A stretch of 39,122 bases of DNA from Candidatus Limnocylindrus sp. (GTDB taxonomy: Bacteria; Chloroflexota; Limnocylindria; Limnocylindrales; Limnocylindraceae), in NCBI GenBank assembly GCA_051006395.1, contig JBPCTG010000141.1:1-39122 (forward strand). Reading direction: 5' to 3'. This document shows positions 28,691 through 37,182 of this stretch, piece by piece; the stretch's first letter is position 1; every line of letters starts with the position of its first letter. Made by a program: the position numbers and the translations under genes. The notes beneath the pieces were generated by a model. The model had not been told where the DNA came from and ran no database searches. It worked only from the letters and a program-made list of their open reading frames with translations.

Positions 28691-29560
28691 GTGGGGCTGA
28701 TCCGACGCAACCCGACCTTCACCCCGCTTCTCCTGCTCGCCCCTGGGCTTCTCTGGCTGGCCGCGTTTTATGTGGCACCGAACGTGCAGATGTTCGCGAG
28801 CAGCTTCTGGAACGGCACACTCGAGGGCGGCTTCAGCTTTAGCCTGGCTAACTGGACGAACTACCCCGATGCTTTGATCAAGTACCAGGAGCAGTACCTG
28901 CGCTCTATCGAGTACGGCTTTGTCGCGACACTCCTCTGCTTTGCGATCGCCTTCCCGCTCGCCTACTTCATCGCCTTCAAGGGCGGCCGAGCGCGCAACG
29001 TGCTCCTCTTTCTCGTCGTCGCGCCATTCTTCACCTCGTACCTGCTGCGCACGATCGGCTGGCGCACGATTCTCGGTGACGACTCGATCATCCTTGGGCC
29101 GCTCAAGGCGCTCGGCGTGGTCGCCCCGGAGGCGCGCATCCTCGACACCCCGTTCGCGGTGATTGCCGGGATCGCCTACAACTTCATCCCATTCATGATC
29201 CTGCCGATCTACGTCTCGCTCGAGAAGATCGATCGACGTCTCCTTGAGGCTTCGCAGGATCTCTACGCAAGCGGCTGGGGCTCCTTCCGCCGCATCACGC
29301 TCCCCTTGGCGATCCCGGGTGTATTCGCCGGGTCGCTCCTCACCTTCATTCCGGCGATCGGCGACTTCATCAACGCCGAGCTGCTCGGCAACCCCGGGAC
29401 TACGATGATCGGCAACGTGATCCAACGGCAGTTCCTGGTGGTGCGCGACTACCCGACCGCCGCTGCGCTCAGCTTCATGCTCATGATCTTGATCCTCGCC
29501 GGCGTCGCCCTCTATGCGCGACTACTGGGCACCGAAGAACTCACCTCGACGGCGATCTGA
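28691..29560 (+). CDS. potB: Polyamine ABC transporter permease
   Basis: PFFTSYLLR, PFMILPIYVSLEKID..LLEAS.DL (EAA loop) and MIGNVIQ motifs. Confidence 0.9.
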   Translation: MGLIRRNPTFTPLLLLAPGLLWLAAFYVAPNVQMFASSFWNGTLEGGFSFSLANWTNYPDALIKYQEQYLRSIEYGFVATLLCFAIAFPLAYFIAFKGGRARNVLLFLVVAPFFTSYLLRTIGWRTILGDDSIILGPLKALGVVAPEARILDTPFAVIAGIAYNFIPFMILPIYVSLEKIDRRLLEASQDLYASGWGSFRRITLPLAIPGVFAGSLLTFIPAIGDFINAELLGNPGTTMIGNVIQRQFLVVRDYPTAAALSFMLMILILAGVALYARLLGTEELTSTAI

Positions 29561-30375
29561 TGCGCATCGTGAGGCGAGTTGCGAACTTCCTCGCCTCGCA
29601 CCTCCTCGCTGTCTACGCAGCGGTTGCGCTCCTCTATCTCCTCGCACCGATCGCTGCGGTCACCCTCTTTAGCTTCAACGACCCGGTCGGGCGCTCCAAC
29701 TATTCGTGGTCGTCGTTCACCTTTGACAACTGGCTGAGCCTCTTCCGCGACCCGACGCTCGTGCAGGCGGTCGGCACCTCGCTGCGCATTGCCCTCATCT
29801 CCACCACGATCGCAACGATCCTAGGAACGCTCATGGCGCTCGCCCTCGTGCGCTACCAGTTTCGCCTACGAAAGAGCATTGACCTCTTCGTCTTCCTGCC
29901 GCTCGCCACCCCTGAGATCGTGCTCGGTGCGTCGCTCCTCACCCTCTTCGTGACGCTGCGAATCCCCCTCGGCGACCTGACCCTGATCCTGGCCCACGTG
30001 ATGTTCAACGTGAGCTACGTCGTGGTGACGCTCAAGGCGCGGCTCGCCGGCTTCGACATGCGCCTCGAAGAGGCGGCGGCGGATCTCGGCGCCAACCCGT
30101 TGCAGACCTTCTGGCGCATCACCTTCCCGCTGATCCTCCCTGGCATCGCCGCCGGTGCGCTGCTAGCCTTCGGCCTCTCGCTCGACGACTTCGTGATCAC
30201 CCGCTTCAACGCTGGCCAAACCCAGACGTTTCCCGTCTACGTCTACCTGAAGGTCCAGAAGGGGATCCCACCGCAGGTGAACGCATTCGCCACCCTCTTC
30301 TTCTTCGTCACCGTCACGCTGGTCGCCGCCGCGGCCCTCTTGCAGCGCCGACGCGCTAACCTCTCCAAGCAATGA
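29560..30375 (+). CDS. potC: Polyamine ABC transporter permease
   Basis: FSFN, PEIVLG, LEEAAADLGA and SLDDFVIT motifs; TGATG overlap with potB. Confidence 0.9.
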   Translation: MRIVRRVANFLASHLLAVYAAVALLYLLAPIAAVTLFSFNDPVGRSNYSWSSFTFDNWLSLFRDPTLVQAVGTSLRIALISTTIATILGTLMALALVRYQFRLRKSIDLFVFLPLATPEIVLGASLLTLFVTLRIPLGDLTLILAHVMFNVSYVVVTLKARLAGFDMRLEEAAADLGANPLQTFWRITFPLILPGIAAGALLAFGLSLDDFVITRFNAGQTQTFPVYVYLKVQKGIPPQVNAFATLFFFVTVTLVAAAALLQRRRANLSKQ

Positions 30376-31709
30376 CCGCATCAAAAGGGCTCCCCGATAA
30401 GAGCGTGATCGCCGCGGTCTGGTCGCGCGCGGCGAACGTCGAGGTCGAGCGCGGCGAGGGTTCGTGGCTCATCGATCGCGACGGCGAACGCTGGCTCGAC
30501 TACACATCTGGGATCGGCGTAGTGAATACGGGCCACGCGCACCCGAAGGTTGCCGCGGCAATCGCCGCGCAAGCGACGAAGCTCATCCACGGCCAGCAGA
30601 ACATCGTCTATCACGAGCCCGGGCTGCGACTCCACGATCGGCTCAGCCGCGTGCTCGACGGCGGCCCGTGGGGCGTCTTCTTGTCGAATTCGGGCTCCGA
30701 GGCGGTCGAGGCGGCGGTGAAGCTCGCCCGTCGCGCAACGAAGCGTCGCGTGATCCTCACCTTCCGCGGTGGCTATCACGGCCGCACCGCACAAACGATG
30801 GCGATGACAACGGCAAAGAACGTCTACCGCGGTCACTTCGAGCCGCTTCCCGGCTCGGTCTACTCCACCGCGTTCCCCTCCTGCTTCCGCGCACCCGTCG
30901 CTGCGCGCGACGCGAGCGCTGCCGGAACATCTGGCTCATGCGCCGGCTGCAGCTGCCGCTGGGAGGATGAGTGGGACCTCACCCTGCACACCATCGCCGA
31001 CGCCGAAGATGTGGCCGCAGTGATCGTTGAGCCGATCCTCGGTGAGGGCGGCTACGTGGTCCCCCCAGTCGGATTCTTGCCACGCCTCCGCGAGCTGACC
31101 CGCGAGCGCGGCATCCTGCTCATCGCCGACGAGATCCAAACCGGGATGGGGCGCACCGGCCGCATGTTCGCTGTGCAGCACCAGGGCGTCGAGCCCGACA
31201 TCCTCGTCTTCGCCAAGGGGATCGCCTCTGGCCTGCCGCTCTCGGGGATCATCGCGCGGCGCGATCTGATCGAGACATGGGCGCCAGGAACGCATGGCGG
31301 AACGTACGGCGGCAACGTGATCGCCTGCGCTGCAGCCCTCGCAACGCTCGACGTGATGGAGGAGGAGCGACTCCCCGAAAACGCCGCGGAGCGTGGCGCG
31401 CAGTTCCTCGCTGGCCTCCGCGCACTCGCGCAGGGCCGACCAGCAATCGGCGACGTTCGCGGGCTCGGCCTCATGATTGCCCTTGAGTTTGTGAAGCCTG
31501 GCGAGGGCGACGGTCGCGTGCCGAACCCTGACGCGGTGAAGCGCGTCATCGCCGAGGCGAACAAGCGCAACTTGCTGCTCCTCTCGGCCGGGTCCTACGC
31601 GCAGGTGATCCGCATCATTCCACCGCTCGTCACCACCGCCGCAGAGGTCGATCTCGCGCTGAAGATCCTCGATGAGTCTCTCGACGCAGCTGGGGTGAAG
31701 CGCGCCTAG
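30372..31709 (+). CDS. Class III PLP aminotransferase (4-aminobutyrate/diamine aminotransferase-like)
   Basis: GIGVVNTGH, NSGSEAVE, YHGRT, EPILGEGG, DEIQTGMGRTG, AKG (PLP Lys) and GTYGGN motifs; ATGA overlap with potC. Confidence 0.88.
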   Translation: MTASKGLPDKSVIAAVWSRAANVEVERGEGSWLIDRDGERWLDYTSGIGVVNTGHAHPKVAAAIAAQATKLIHGQQNIVYHEPGLRLHDRLSRVLDGGPWGVFLSNSGSEAVEAAVKLARRATKRRVILTFRGGYHGRTAQTMAMTTAKNVYRGHFEPLPGSVYSTAFPSCFRAPVAARDASAAGTSGSCAGCSCRWEDEWDLTLHTIADAEDVAAVIVEPILGEGGYVVPPVGFLPRLRELTRERGILLIADEIQTGMGRTGRMFAVQHQGVEPDILVFAKGIASGLPLSGIIARRDLIETWAPGTHGGTYGGNVIACAAALATLDVMEEERLPENAAERGAQFLAGLRALAQGRPAIGDVRGLGLMIALEFVKPGEGDGRVPNPDAVKRVIAEANKRNLLLLSAGSYAQVIRIIPPLVTTAAEVDLALKILDESLDAAGVKRA

Positions 31710-33118
31710 CGCGTAGCGGCGAGAAGCCCCTCTGGTGCCTCTGGGAGCGGCTCTGGCGTCGACGGAACATACCGATCAACGATCTGCCGTGAACCCACCA
31801 CGCCAAGGCGACCGAAGAGGGTTGCGAGGCGCTCGCGCTGCGAAGCGAGGATCTCCCCCTTGCGCGGAATTTCCCAGAGCGCACGCTTGAACGGACCGAG
31901 CGCCTTCTTGCGGGTGCGATAGAGGAACTGCTCCTCGGTATCTCCAGCCTTCGCTTCGTCGGCGGCATTCGCGTGGAGCCACGCGCTGATCTCGCTGCGC
32001 AGTTCAATAGGGAAGGCGGGGTGATCGTAGAGCGCGTTCTGGAATCCGGTCGCAAGATGGATCTCCGCAGTGCCGACCTCGGGGAAGCGCCCGAAGAGTT
32101 CGTCGGGGAGCGTCGAGGCGCCGTGTTGAACGGCGCCGGCGAGGCCACGCTCGCGCGCCAGCGCGCTGAGCGACTCGAGCACGCCAAAGTCGAGCGCGAC
32201 GGTCGCGACGCCGCCGCCGGGGAGCGGCACTCCCCCATGGCTCGTTCCGGTCTGCACCGAAACCTTGCGAAGTCCGCGAGCTCCTGGGCGCAGGCGCTCG
32301 AGTGTGACAGCGAAGCCATCGAGATACGCAGCGAGCTCCTCAACGGTCGAGTTGCTCTTCCCCACCTCGCCGATCTCGCCACCGACACTGATCTCAATCC
32401 CCGCAGGCTCGAGCTCGCGAATCAGTGCGGCAACCTCGGCACTCCGCTCCACGTTCACGCGCTGTTGCTCTGCGATCGTCGGAAGCGTGAGGTCGACGAG
32501 CGTCGAGGCGTCGATGTCGATGTTGCGGTAGCCGGCGTCAACGGCGAGCCTGCAGGCGCGCGCGATCTCGCCAGCGACACCATCGGGATCCTTGGCGTAC
32601 TTGGCAGCAACGAACTGATAGTGGTCGCCTTGAATAAAGAGCGGTCCGCGCCACCCCGCGGCGATTGCGCCGCAGAAGATGCTCGTCGCGTAGTCAGCGG
32701 GACGCTGAAAGGTGTATGTCTGCTCGGAGCGGGCGAGCTCAAAGATCAACGCCGCGCCGTCGATTGACGCCGCAAGCTCGAGCGCGGTGCGGCTCATGTC
32801 ATAGACCTGAGAGCGAAGATTCAGGGCAGGGACGGTGAGCCCCTCGTAGCCTCCACTCGCACGTGCGGCGTAGAGGGGGGCGATGCTGGCGCTCTCAATC
32901 CCCGCCGCCTTCGCTGCGGCGCGGGCGAGCCACTGCGCCGCGTCGACAACGTCGCTCTCCTCGGAGAAGGCGGCGCTCCAAGCGATGATCGGAGCCCCCT
33001 CGCTGCGCAGGCGCGCAGCGTCGACGATCTCGACGCGCGGCGTGGCGTCAGCGACGAGCCGAAGCGACGGGGCAAGGAGCTGCAGTAGCGCGGTGGGCGA
33101 GGTGGCGATGCTGCTCAT
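31706..33118 (-). CDS. Class II (metal-dependent) fructose-bisphosphate aldolase family protein, long form
   Basis: VPALN, QGDH, IDIDAS, GEIGEVG, GTSHGG and VQHGASTLP metal-ligand motifs. Confidence 0.82.
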   Translation of the reverse strand: MSSIATSPTALLQLLAPSLRLVADATPRVEIVDAARLRSEGAPIIAWSAAFSEESDVVDAAQWLARAAAKAAGIESASIAPLYAARASGGYEGLTVPALNLRSQVYDMSRTALELAASIDGAALIFELARSEQTYTFQRPADYATSIFCGAIAAGWRGPLFIQGDHYQFVAAKYAKDPDGVAGEIARACRLAVDAGYRNIDIDASTLVDLTLPTIAEQQRVNVERSAEVAALIRELEPAGIEISVGGEIGEVGKSNSTVEELAAYLDGFAVTLERLRPGARGLRKVSVQTGTSHGGVPLPGGGVATVALDFGVLESLSALARERGLAGAVQHGASTLPDELFGRFPEVGTAEIHLATGFQNALYDHPAFPIELRSEISAWLHANAADEAKAGDTEEQFLYRTRKKALGPFKRALWEIPRKGEILASQRERLATLFGRLGVVGSRQIVDRYVPSTPEPLPEAPEGLLAATR

Positions 33119-33141
33119 GCGATTGTCCTCATGCGACGATC

Positions 33142-33945
33142 TTATGCCCCTGGGCCGTTTTCCCCGCTGGCGGTTTCTCCGCTGCCGGAGTGGCCGAGGA
33201 GTTGCTCGCGCTCCGCGAGCAGTGCGGCATAGGCCTCGTGTCGAAATCCCGTCCGCGCGGCGAGATCAGGGACGGCCGCCCAGGCGAAGTCGTCCCAGTC
33301 AGCGCTCCGACGGTTCCACGCAGCAAGGAGCGTCGGCGGGCGGCGCGCGGGTACCGCGGGGTCCGGCAAATGCAGCAGATAGGCGCTCGCAACGCGTCCG
33401 TTCTGCGCCGCACCGCTCGTCGCAGTGCTTCCCGCCGCGTCGACGAAGAGCACCACGCCGAGGCGCAGCAGATCGTCCTCTGGAATGCGGTACGGAGTGT
33501 CTCGCAGCGCATCACGGAGCGCCGCGAAGTCTGGAGCGACGGCTGTGGCGATCAGTTGGTAGCCGCGCACGAGCGAGCGAATGAGCGCGCGCGCGACGAG
33601 CGGGTCGAGCCCTTCAAGGAGCGCACGAGCGCGAAGGCGCGTGCTTCGCGGCGATCGTGGCGCCACCCCTGCCCCCTCGATCGTGCATCCGACCCCCGCC
33701 GGATCGGCGAGCCAGGTGAATCGCTCACCGTCTGCAATCTCGATCTCACTCACCCCCTCTGCGAGCGGTGTTGCGGCGGCGAATGCGTCAGCGATGCGCT
33801 CTCGTGTCGCAGGGTCTGCGCTGCCGGCAACGATCAGTGGGACACGCGCGGCAACGAGGATCGAAACGTGCGCCACCAGGCTCGGCGCAGCGATCCCATC
33901 GCTGATCAGTTGCTTCAGCCCCACTGGCGCTCCGCCGCCTGGCAT
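33142..33945 (-). CDS. Hypothetical protein resembling a degenerate VirB11/CpaF-type secretion ATPase domain
   Basis: LISDG...ILVAARVPLIVAG and RGYQLIATAVA...PYRIP follow the family pattern, but Walker A (GxxGxGKT) and TxH are absent. TAATG overlap with the upstream gene. Confidence 0.6.
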   Translation of the reverse strand: MPGGGAPVGLKQLISDGIAAPSLVAHVSILVAARVPLIVAGSADPATRERIADAFAAATPLAEGVSEIEIADGERFTWLADPAGVGCTIEGAGVAPRSPRSTRLRARALLEGLDPLVARALIRSLVRGYQLIATAVAPDFAALRDALRDTPYRIPEDDLLRLGVVLFVDAAGSTATSGAAQNGRVASAYLLHLPDPAVPARRPPTLLAAWNRRSADWDDFAWAAVPDLAARTGFRHEAYAALLAEREQLLGHSGSGETASGENGPGA

Positions 33946-34613
33946 TAGCGTGCCGCCGCGAGCGAACCGACCCGCGCCGCTGATGCGATCCAGTCGCGCT
34001 CGTCGCCGATCGTGGTGCTGCGACCGTGACCGGGTACGACGCGCATCTCTGGCGAGAGTGCGGCCAATCGCTGTAGTGAGGCGAGCATAGCGACATCATC
34101 GCCGCCAGGAAGATCGGTGCGACCCCATGCCCCGCGAAAGAGCGTGTCGCCGCTGTACAAGATGCCGGCGCGCACGTCGACGAGGGAGATCGACCCCTCG
34201 GTGTGGCCAGGGGTATGCAGAACCTCGAGATCGATTGAGCCTGCGCGAATGTGATCCCCCTCGACCAGGTCGCGTGTTGGGATCACCGACGGGATCGGAA
34301 AGGGCGCCGCCATCGGCTGCGGTTCGACGAGGCGATGACGGTCGAGTGGATGCACGCCGATCGCAAGCTCTCGACCCTCGCTCGTGCGCACGTGATCTGC
34401 CAGCGCAGCGAGCTCTCCGGTGTGGTCCCAGTGTCCGTGGGTTACGAGGGCGAGCACTAGCCGCCAGTTCTGCGCAGCAAGGTGCGCGCTGATCTCGGTG
34501 AGCGATGGGATCGCAGGATCAACAACGATCGCCTCGCGACGCTCCGTGTCGCCGAGGAGCACGACGTTCGTGCGCAGTGGTCCGATGGCAAGGACGATCG
34601 GCTCGGCGCTCAT
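33945..34613 (-). CDS. MBL-fold metallo-hydrolase (glyoxalase II-like)
   Basis: VDP, THGHWDH, HTPGHTEG, SGDTLF, GRTDLPGG and PGHG motifs. Confidence 0.92.
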   Translation of the reverse strand: MSAEPIVLAIGPLRTNVVLLGDTERREAIVVDPAIPSLTEISAHLAAQNWRLVLALVTHGHWDHTGELAALADHVRTSEGRELAIGVHPLDRHRLVEPQPMAAPFPIPSVIPTRDLVEGDHIRAGSIDLEVLHTPGHTEGSISLVDVRAGILYSGDTLFRGAWGRTDLPGGDDVAMLASLQRLAALSPEMRVVPGHGRSTTIGDERDWIASAARVGSLAAAR

Positions 34614-35425
34614 CGTGAGCGTCGCTCGCTGAGCAACTGGGCGGCGGGGCTCACCGCGCGTGGATCAAGGTGGGCGCGGCGCGTTACGCCATCGGCGGCG
34701 GTGAGCTCCATGATCCTACTGAGCGCATCGATGCGCGCAGCAGCATCGGCGGCGTCAGCAACACTACCCTCGCCGCTCGCGCCGTTGCGACGCGGGAGGC
34801 CCGCAACGCCGACGCGATCGCCACCACGTCCGCCGAGCGACGCTGCGTAGCCGATCGCCCAGAGGAGCACCTCGGGGCCCTCTGGCGCCGGACCACCAGG
34901 CGGCGAAATTAGACCGAGCAGGAGCCCCCGCGTGCCAGGCCAGGTTGCAGCAGCGCGCCAGGAGTCGGGATCGCCGATCGGGTCGATCGCCAGACTCTCC
35001 GCTGCAATACTCCCCCACTCGGCGGTGGAGAGCGGCACAAGCGCGCCGTCAATCGCAAGGATCATGCGATGCGCTCCGCTCAACGCATCGAGCGACGTGG
35101 CGAGACGCGCGAGGAGCCTGCTGCGGCGCTCCGCACCGCCAGGAGCCTCGTCGTGCATCTGCCTATCGCCGAGTGCGGCGCAACGGATCGCGACGATCTC
35201 TGGGGCAAGATCGCGCACCGCGCCAACATCACGACCACTCACTGTGCCAGCCTGCCCGCCGCCGTCGGCGCTCACGATGAGGCCGACTTGCAGGCCAGCG
35301 GCGCGCGCGACGCGGCACTCTTCAGGATCGTTGGTGAGAAACGGTCCGCCGAGGCGCTGCAGCAGCGCGATGCGCGCCTCGATAGTTGGTGCGTACTCCC
35401 GAGAGTCGATGAGCGTCACGAACAC
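34610..35425 (-). CDS. Hypothetical protein, possibly a remnant of a MetE/UROD-like barrel
   Basis: Start trimmed to GTG 35425 (MFVTLID) because the upstream ORF part overlaps the rhomboid gene. RGLLLGLIS..EGPEVL..DRVGV is reminiscent of the MetE C-terminus; no HxC or CG zinc ligands. Confidence 0.6.
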   Translation of the reverse strand: MFVTLIDSREYAPTIEARIALLQRLGGPFLTNDPEECRVARAAGLQVGLIVSADGGGQAGTVSGRDVGAVRDLAPEIVAIRCAALGDRQMHDEAPGGAERRSRLLARLATSLDALSGAHRMILAIDGALVPLSTAEWGSIAAESLAIDPIGDPDSWRAAATWPGTRGLLLGLISPPGGPAPEGPEVLLWAIGYAASLGGRGGDRVGVAGLPRRNGASGEGSVADAADAAARIDALSRIMELTAADGVTRRAHLDPRAVSPAAQLLSERRSR

Positions 35426-35439
35426 GCTAGTGGCGGGCG

Positions 35440-36642
35440 CTAGATCGGGAGCGTCGCGCGCAGCTGGGCGAGCGCCGGCCAGGAGAGGAAGGTGACGATG
35501 AGGATCGCAGCAACGCCGCCGACGATCAGCCCTTCGCGAACCCCGGCGATCGTTGGGGCGCCGCCCCATCGGCGGCGCAGCGACTCCGCGCGTGTCGGTG
35601 CAATCGTTACGCCAAGGAGCAGGCCGCAGATCAATCCGCCGACGTGTGCAGCGTTGTCGATCCCGCCACCTGCGAGGTTCAATCCGAATCCGAGCAGCAG
35701 GTTGATCACGATCAGCCCGCCGATCTGTCCAAGGGCGGCGCGTGCGCCACGCTCTACGAGCGGTCGATGCGCCCACTCTGCGCCGAGCGCGACGCCGAAG
35801 AGGGCGAAGACCCCGCCAGATGCGCCGACCGACCAGATCGTCGGTAGCCAGATTGCGCTCGCCAACGATGCGGCGACCACACCGATCCCATACCAAAGGA
35901 GGAGGCGCCCAACGCCGTAGAGGCGAAAGACGAGCTTCGCGCCAAGATCGAGGGCGAAGAGGTTGAAGAGCAGATGCACCGCAGTCCCTTGGATCGCGCC
36001 GACCCCCGCCTCGAGCGGTGAGCCGTGCACGAGCGCCACGGTAAGGAGGCGCCATGGTTCGGCGGAAAGGATGTCGTCGCCGCTGTTGACCTTAATGAGC
36101 GCGAAGCTGACCCAAAGGTCCGTCCAAAAAAATGCGGCTACGGAGACGGCGGCGGTGACGAGCAACATCACGCGAACGACCCAGGCGTAGCGATCCCCGC
36201 CACGTGAGCGCGAGAAGGCGGCCTTTATGATGCGTTCGCTCCCTCCGGTCTCCTGCGTCAACCATCCGATCCTCGTGGCGATCTGCGCGCGCGTGCCAGC
36301 GTCGGGGGCATGACGCTCAGCGGCGCGATAGACGTCGATCGCCGCCTCAAGGTCGCCGTTATTCACCAGGGCGGTGGCGAGTCGACGCAGCGCCTGGAAG
36401 CGCAGCTCACGATCGCTGGCTGCGGCCGCCCGCTGCAGGAGCTCAATCGCCTCAGCATCGCGACCGAGACGCAGGAGCGTCTCTGCGGCCCCGAGTGCGG
36501 CACGGCCAGCGATCGCCTCATCGGCGCTGGAGAGTGCGGGGGTGAAGTGTGCGAGTGCTGCGTTCAAGTCTCCCGCTTCGAGAGCGTCTGCGCCGGCAAC
36601 GATCTGCTCCTCTGCGTCCCCCGATGGCACCTCGCTTGTCAT
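35440..36642 (-). CDS. Rhomboid intramembrane serine protease with N-terminal TPR-like domain
   Basis: WRLLT..LVH, HLLFN, GASGG (catalytic Ser) and NAAHVGG (catalytic His) motifs; the first ~140 aa are TPR-like helical repeats. Confidence 0.9.
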   Translation of the reverse strand: MTSEVPSGDAEEQIVAGADALEAGDLNAALAHFTPALSSADEAIAGRAALGAAETLLRLGRDAEAIELLQRAAAASDRELRFQALRRLATALVNNGDLEAAIDVYRAAERHAPDAGTRAQIATRIGWLTQETGGSERIIKAAFSRSRGGDRYAWVVRVMLLVTAAVSVAAFFWTDLWVSFALIKVNSGDDILSAEPWRLLTVALVHGSPLEAGVGAIQGTAVHLLFNLFALDLGAKLVFRLYGVGRLLLWYGIGVVAASLASAIWLPTIWSVGASGGVFALFGVALGAEWAHRPLVERGARAALGQIGGLIVINLLLGFGLNLAGGGIDNAAHVGGLICGLLLGVTIAPTRAESLRRRWGGAPTIAGVREGLIVGGVAAILIVTFLSWPALAQLRATLPI

Positions 36643-36648
36643 GGGGAG

Positions 36649-36654
36649 AGCCTA
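36649..36654 (-). promoter_or_regulatory. -10 element TAGGCT (built on the upstream stop codon), 6 nt before rhomboid ATG
   Basis: Minus strand reads TAGGCT-CTCCCC-ATG. Confidence 0.55.
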
Positions 36655-37182
36655 CGCGATCGCCCGCGCCGCAAGGCGCGCTGCCAGCTCTGCGGTCGAC
36701 TCGCTGCCGGGCACGATGTGGAGCGTGTCAGGGTCCTCGGCACCAGCAGCAGCCGCCTCGAGGTTTTCCGCCGCAACGACAATGAGTCGCGCACCCGCGA
36801 AGGCGGCGCCGTCGCGCATGAGCCCGAGGAGCGCCCCGGTCGCCTTCGGTGCGCCGACCGGGGCGATGAAGATCGCCGCATCGAATGCCGTGAGGTAACG
36901 GAGGGCGAGCTGAAGGTCGCCGCTGTCGAGTGCGATCCCTTCGGCCGTATCGCCCATCGGGGTGGAGCGCGCCGCGTCGCGCAGGAGTGCGGCGTGGCCA
37001 ACACCAGCACGTCCGAGAGCGAGCACGATCGCGTCGCCCGCGGCATCGCTGCCGACGCGCCCGATCAGCTCAACGCTCTCACCTTTTGCGGCAAGGTTGA
37101 TCGCCGTGAGCGCCGCGAGACCGGCAGCGGTGAACGAGGCGCCGTCGGCGGCGGCAACCGGGCTGCCGACCACAACGATCAT
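36652..37182 (-). CDS. Truncated PfkB/ribokinase-like protein (N-terminal half only)
   Basis: MIVVVGS, AINLAAKGESVELIGRVGSDAAGDAI..L..AGV matches PfkB signature 1; only 176 aa with no C-terminal DTxGAGD. Confidence 0.7.
   Translation of the reverse strand: MIVVVGSPVAAADGASFTAAGLAALTAINLAAKGESVELIGRVGSDAAGDAIVLALGRAGVGHAALLRDAARSTPMGDTAEGIALDSGDLQLALRYLTAFDAAIFIAPVGAPKATGALLGLMRDGAAFAGARLIVVAAENLEAAAAGAEDPDTLHIVPGSESTAELAARLAARAIA

Noticed and set aside
8308-33118. MTA/5'-deoxyadenosine salvage shunt (mtnN plus class II aldolase)
   Set aside because: The genes are over 22 kb apart, no kinase or isomerase is present, and the aldolase is FBA-type rather than FucA/MtnB-type.
34610-36055. 481-aa Arg-rich ORF
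   Set aside because: The first 210 codons are an off-frame read of the rhomboid gene.
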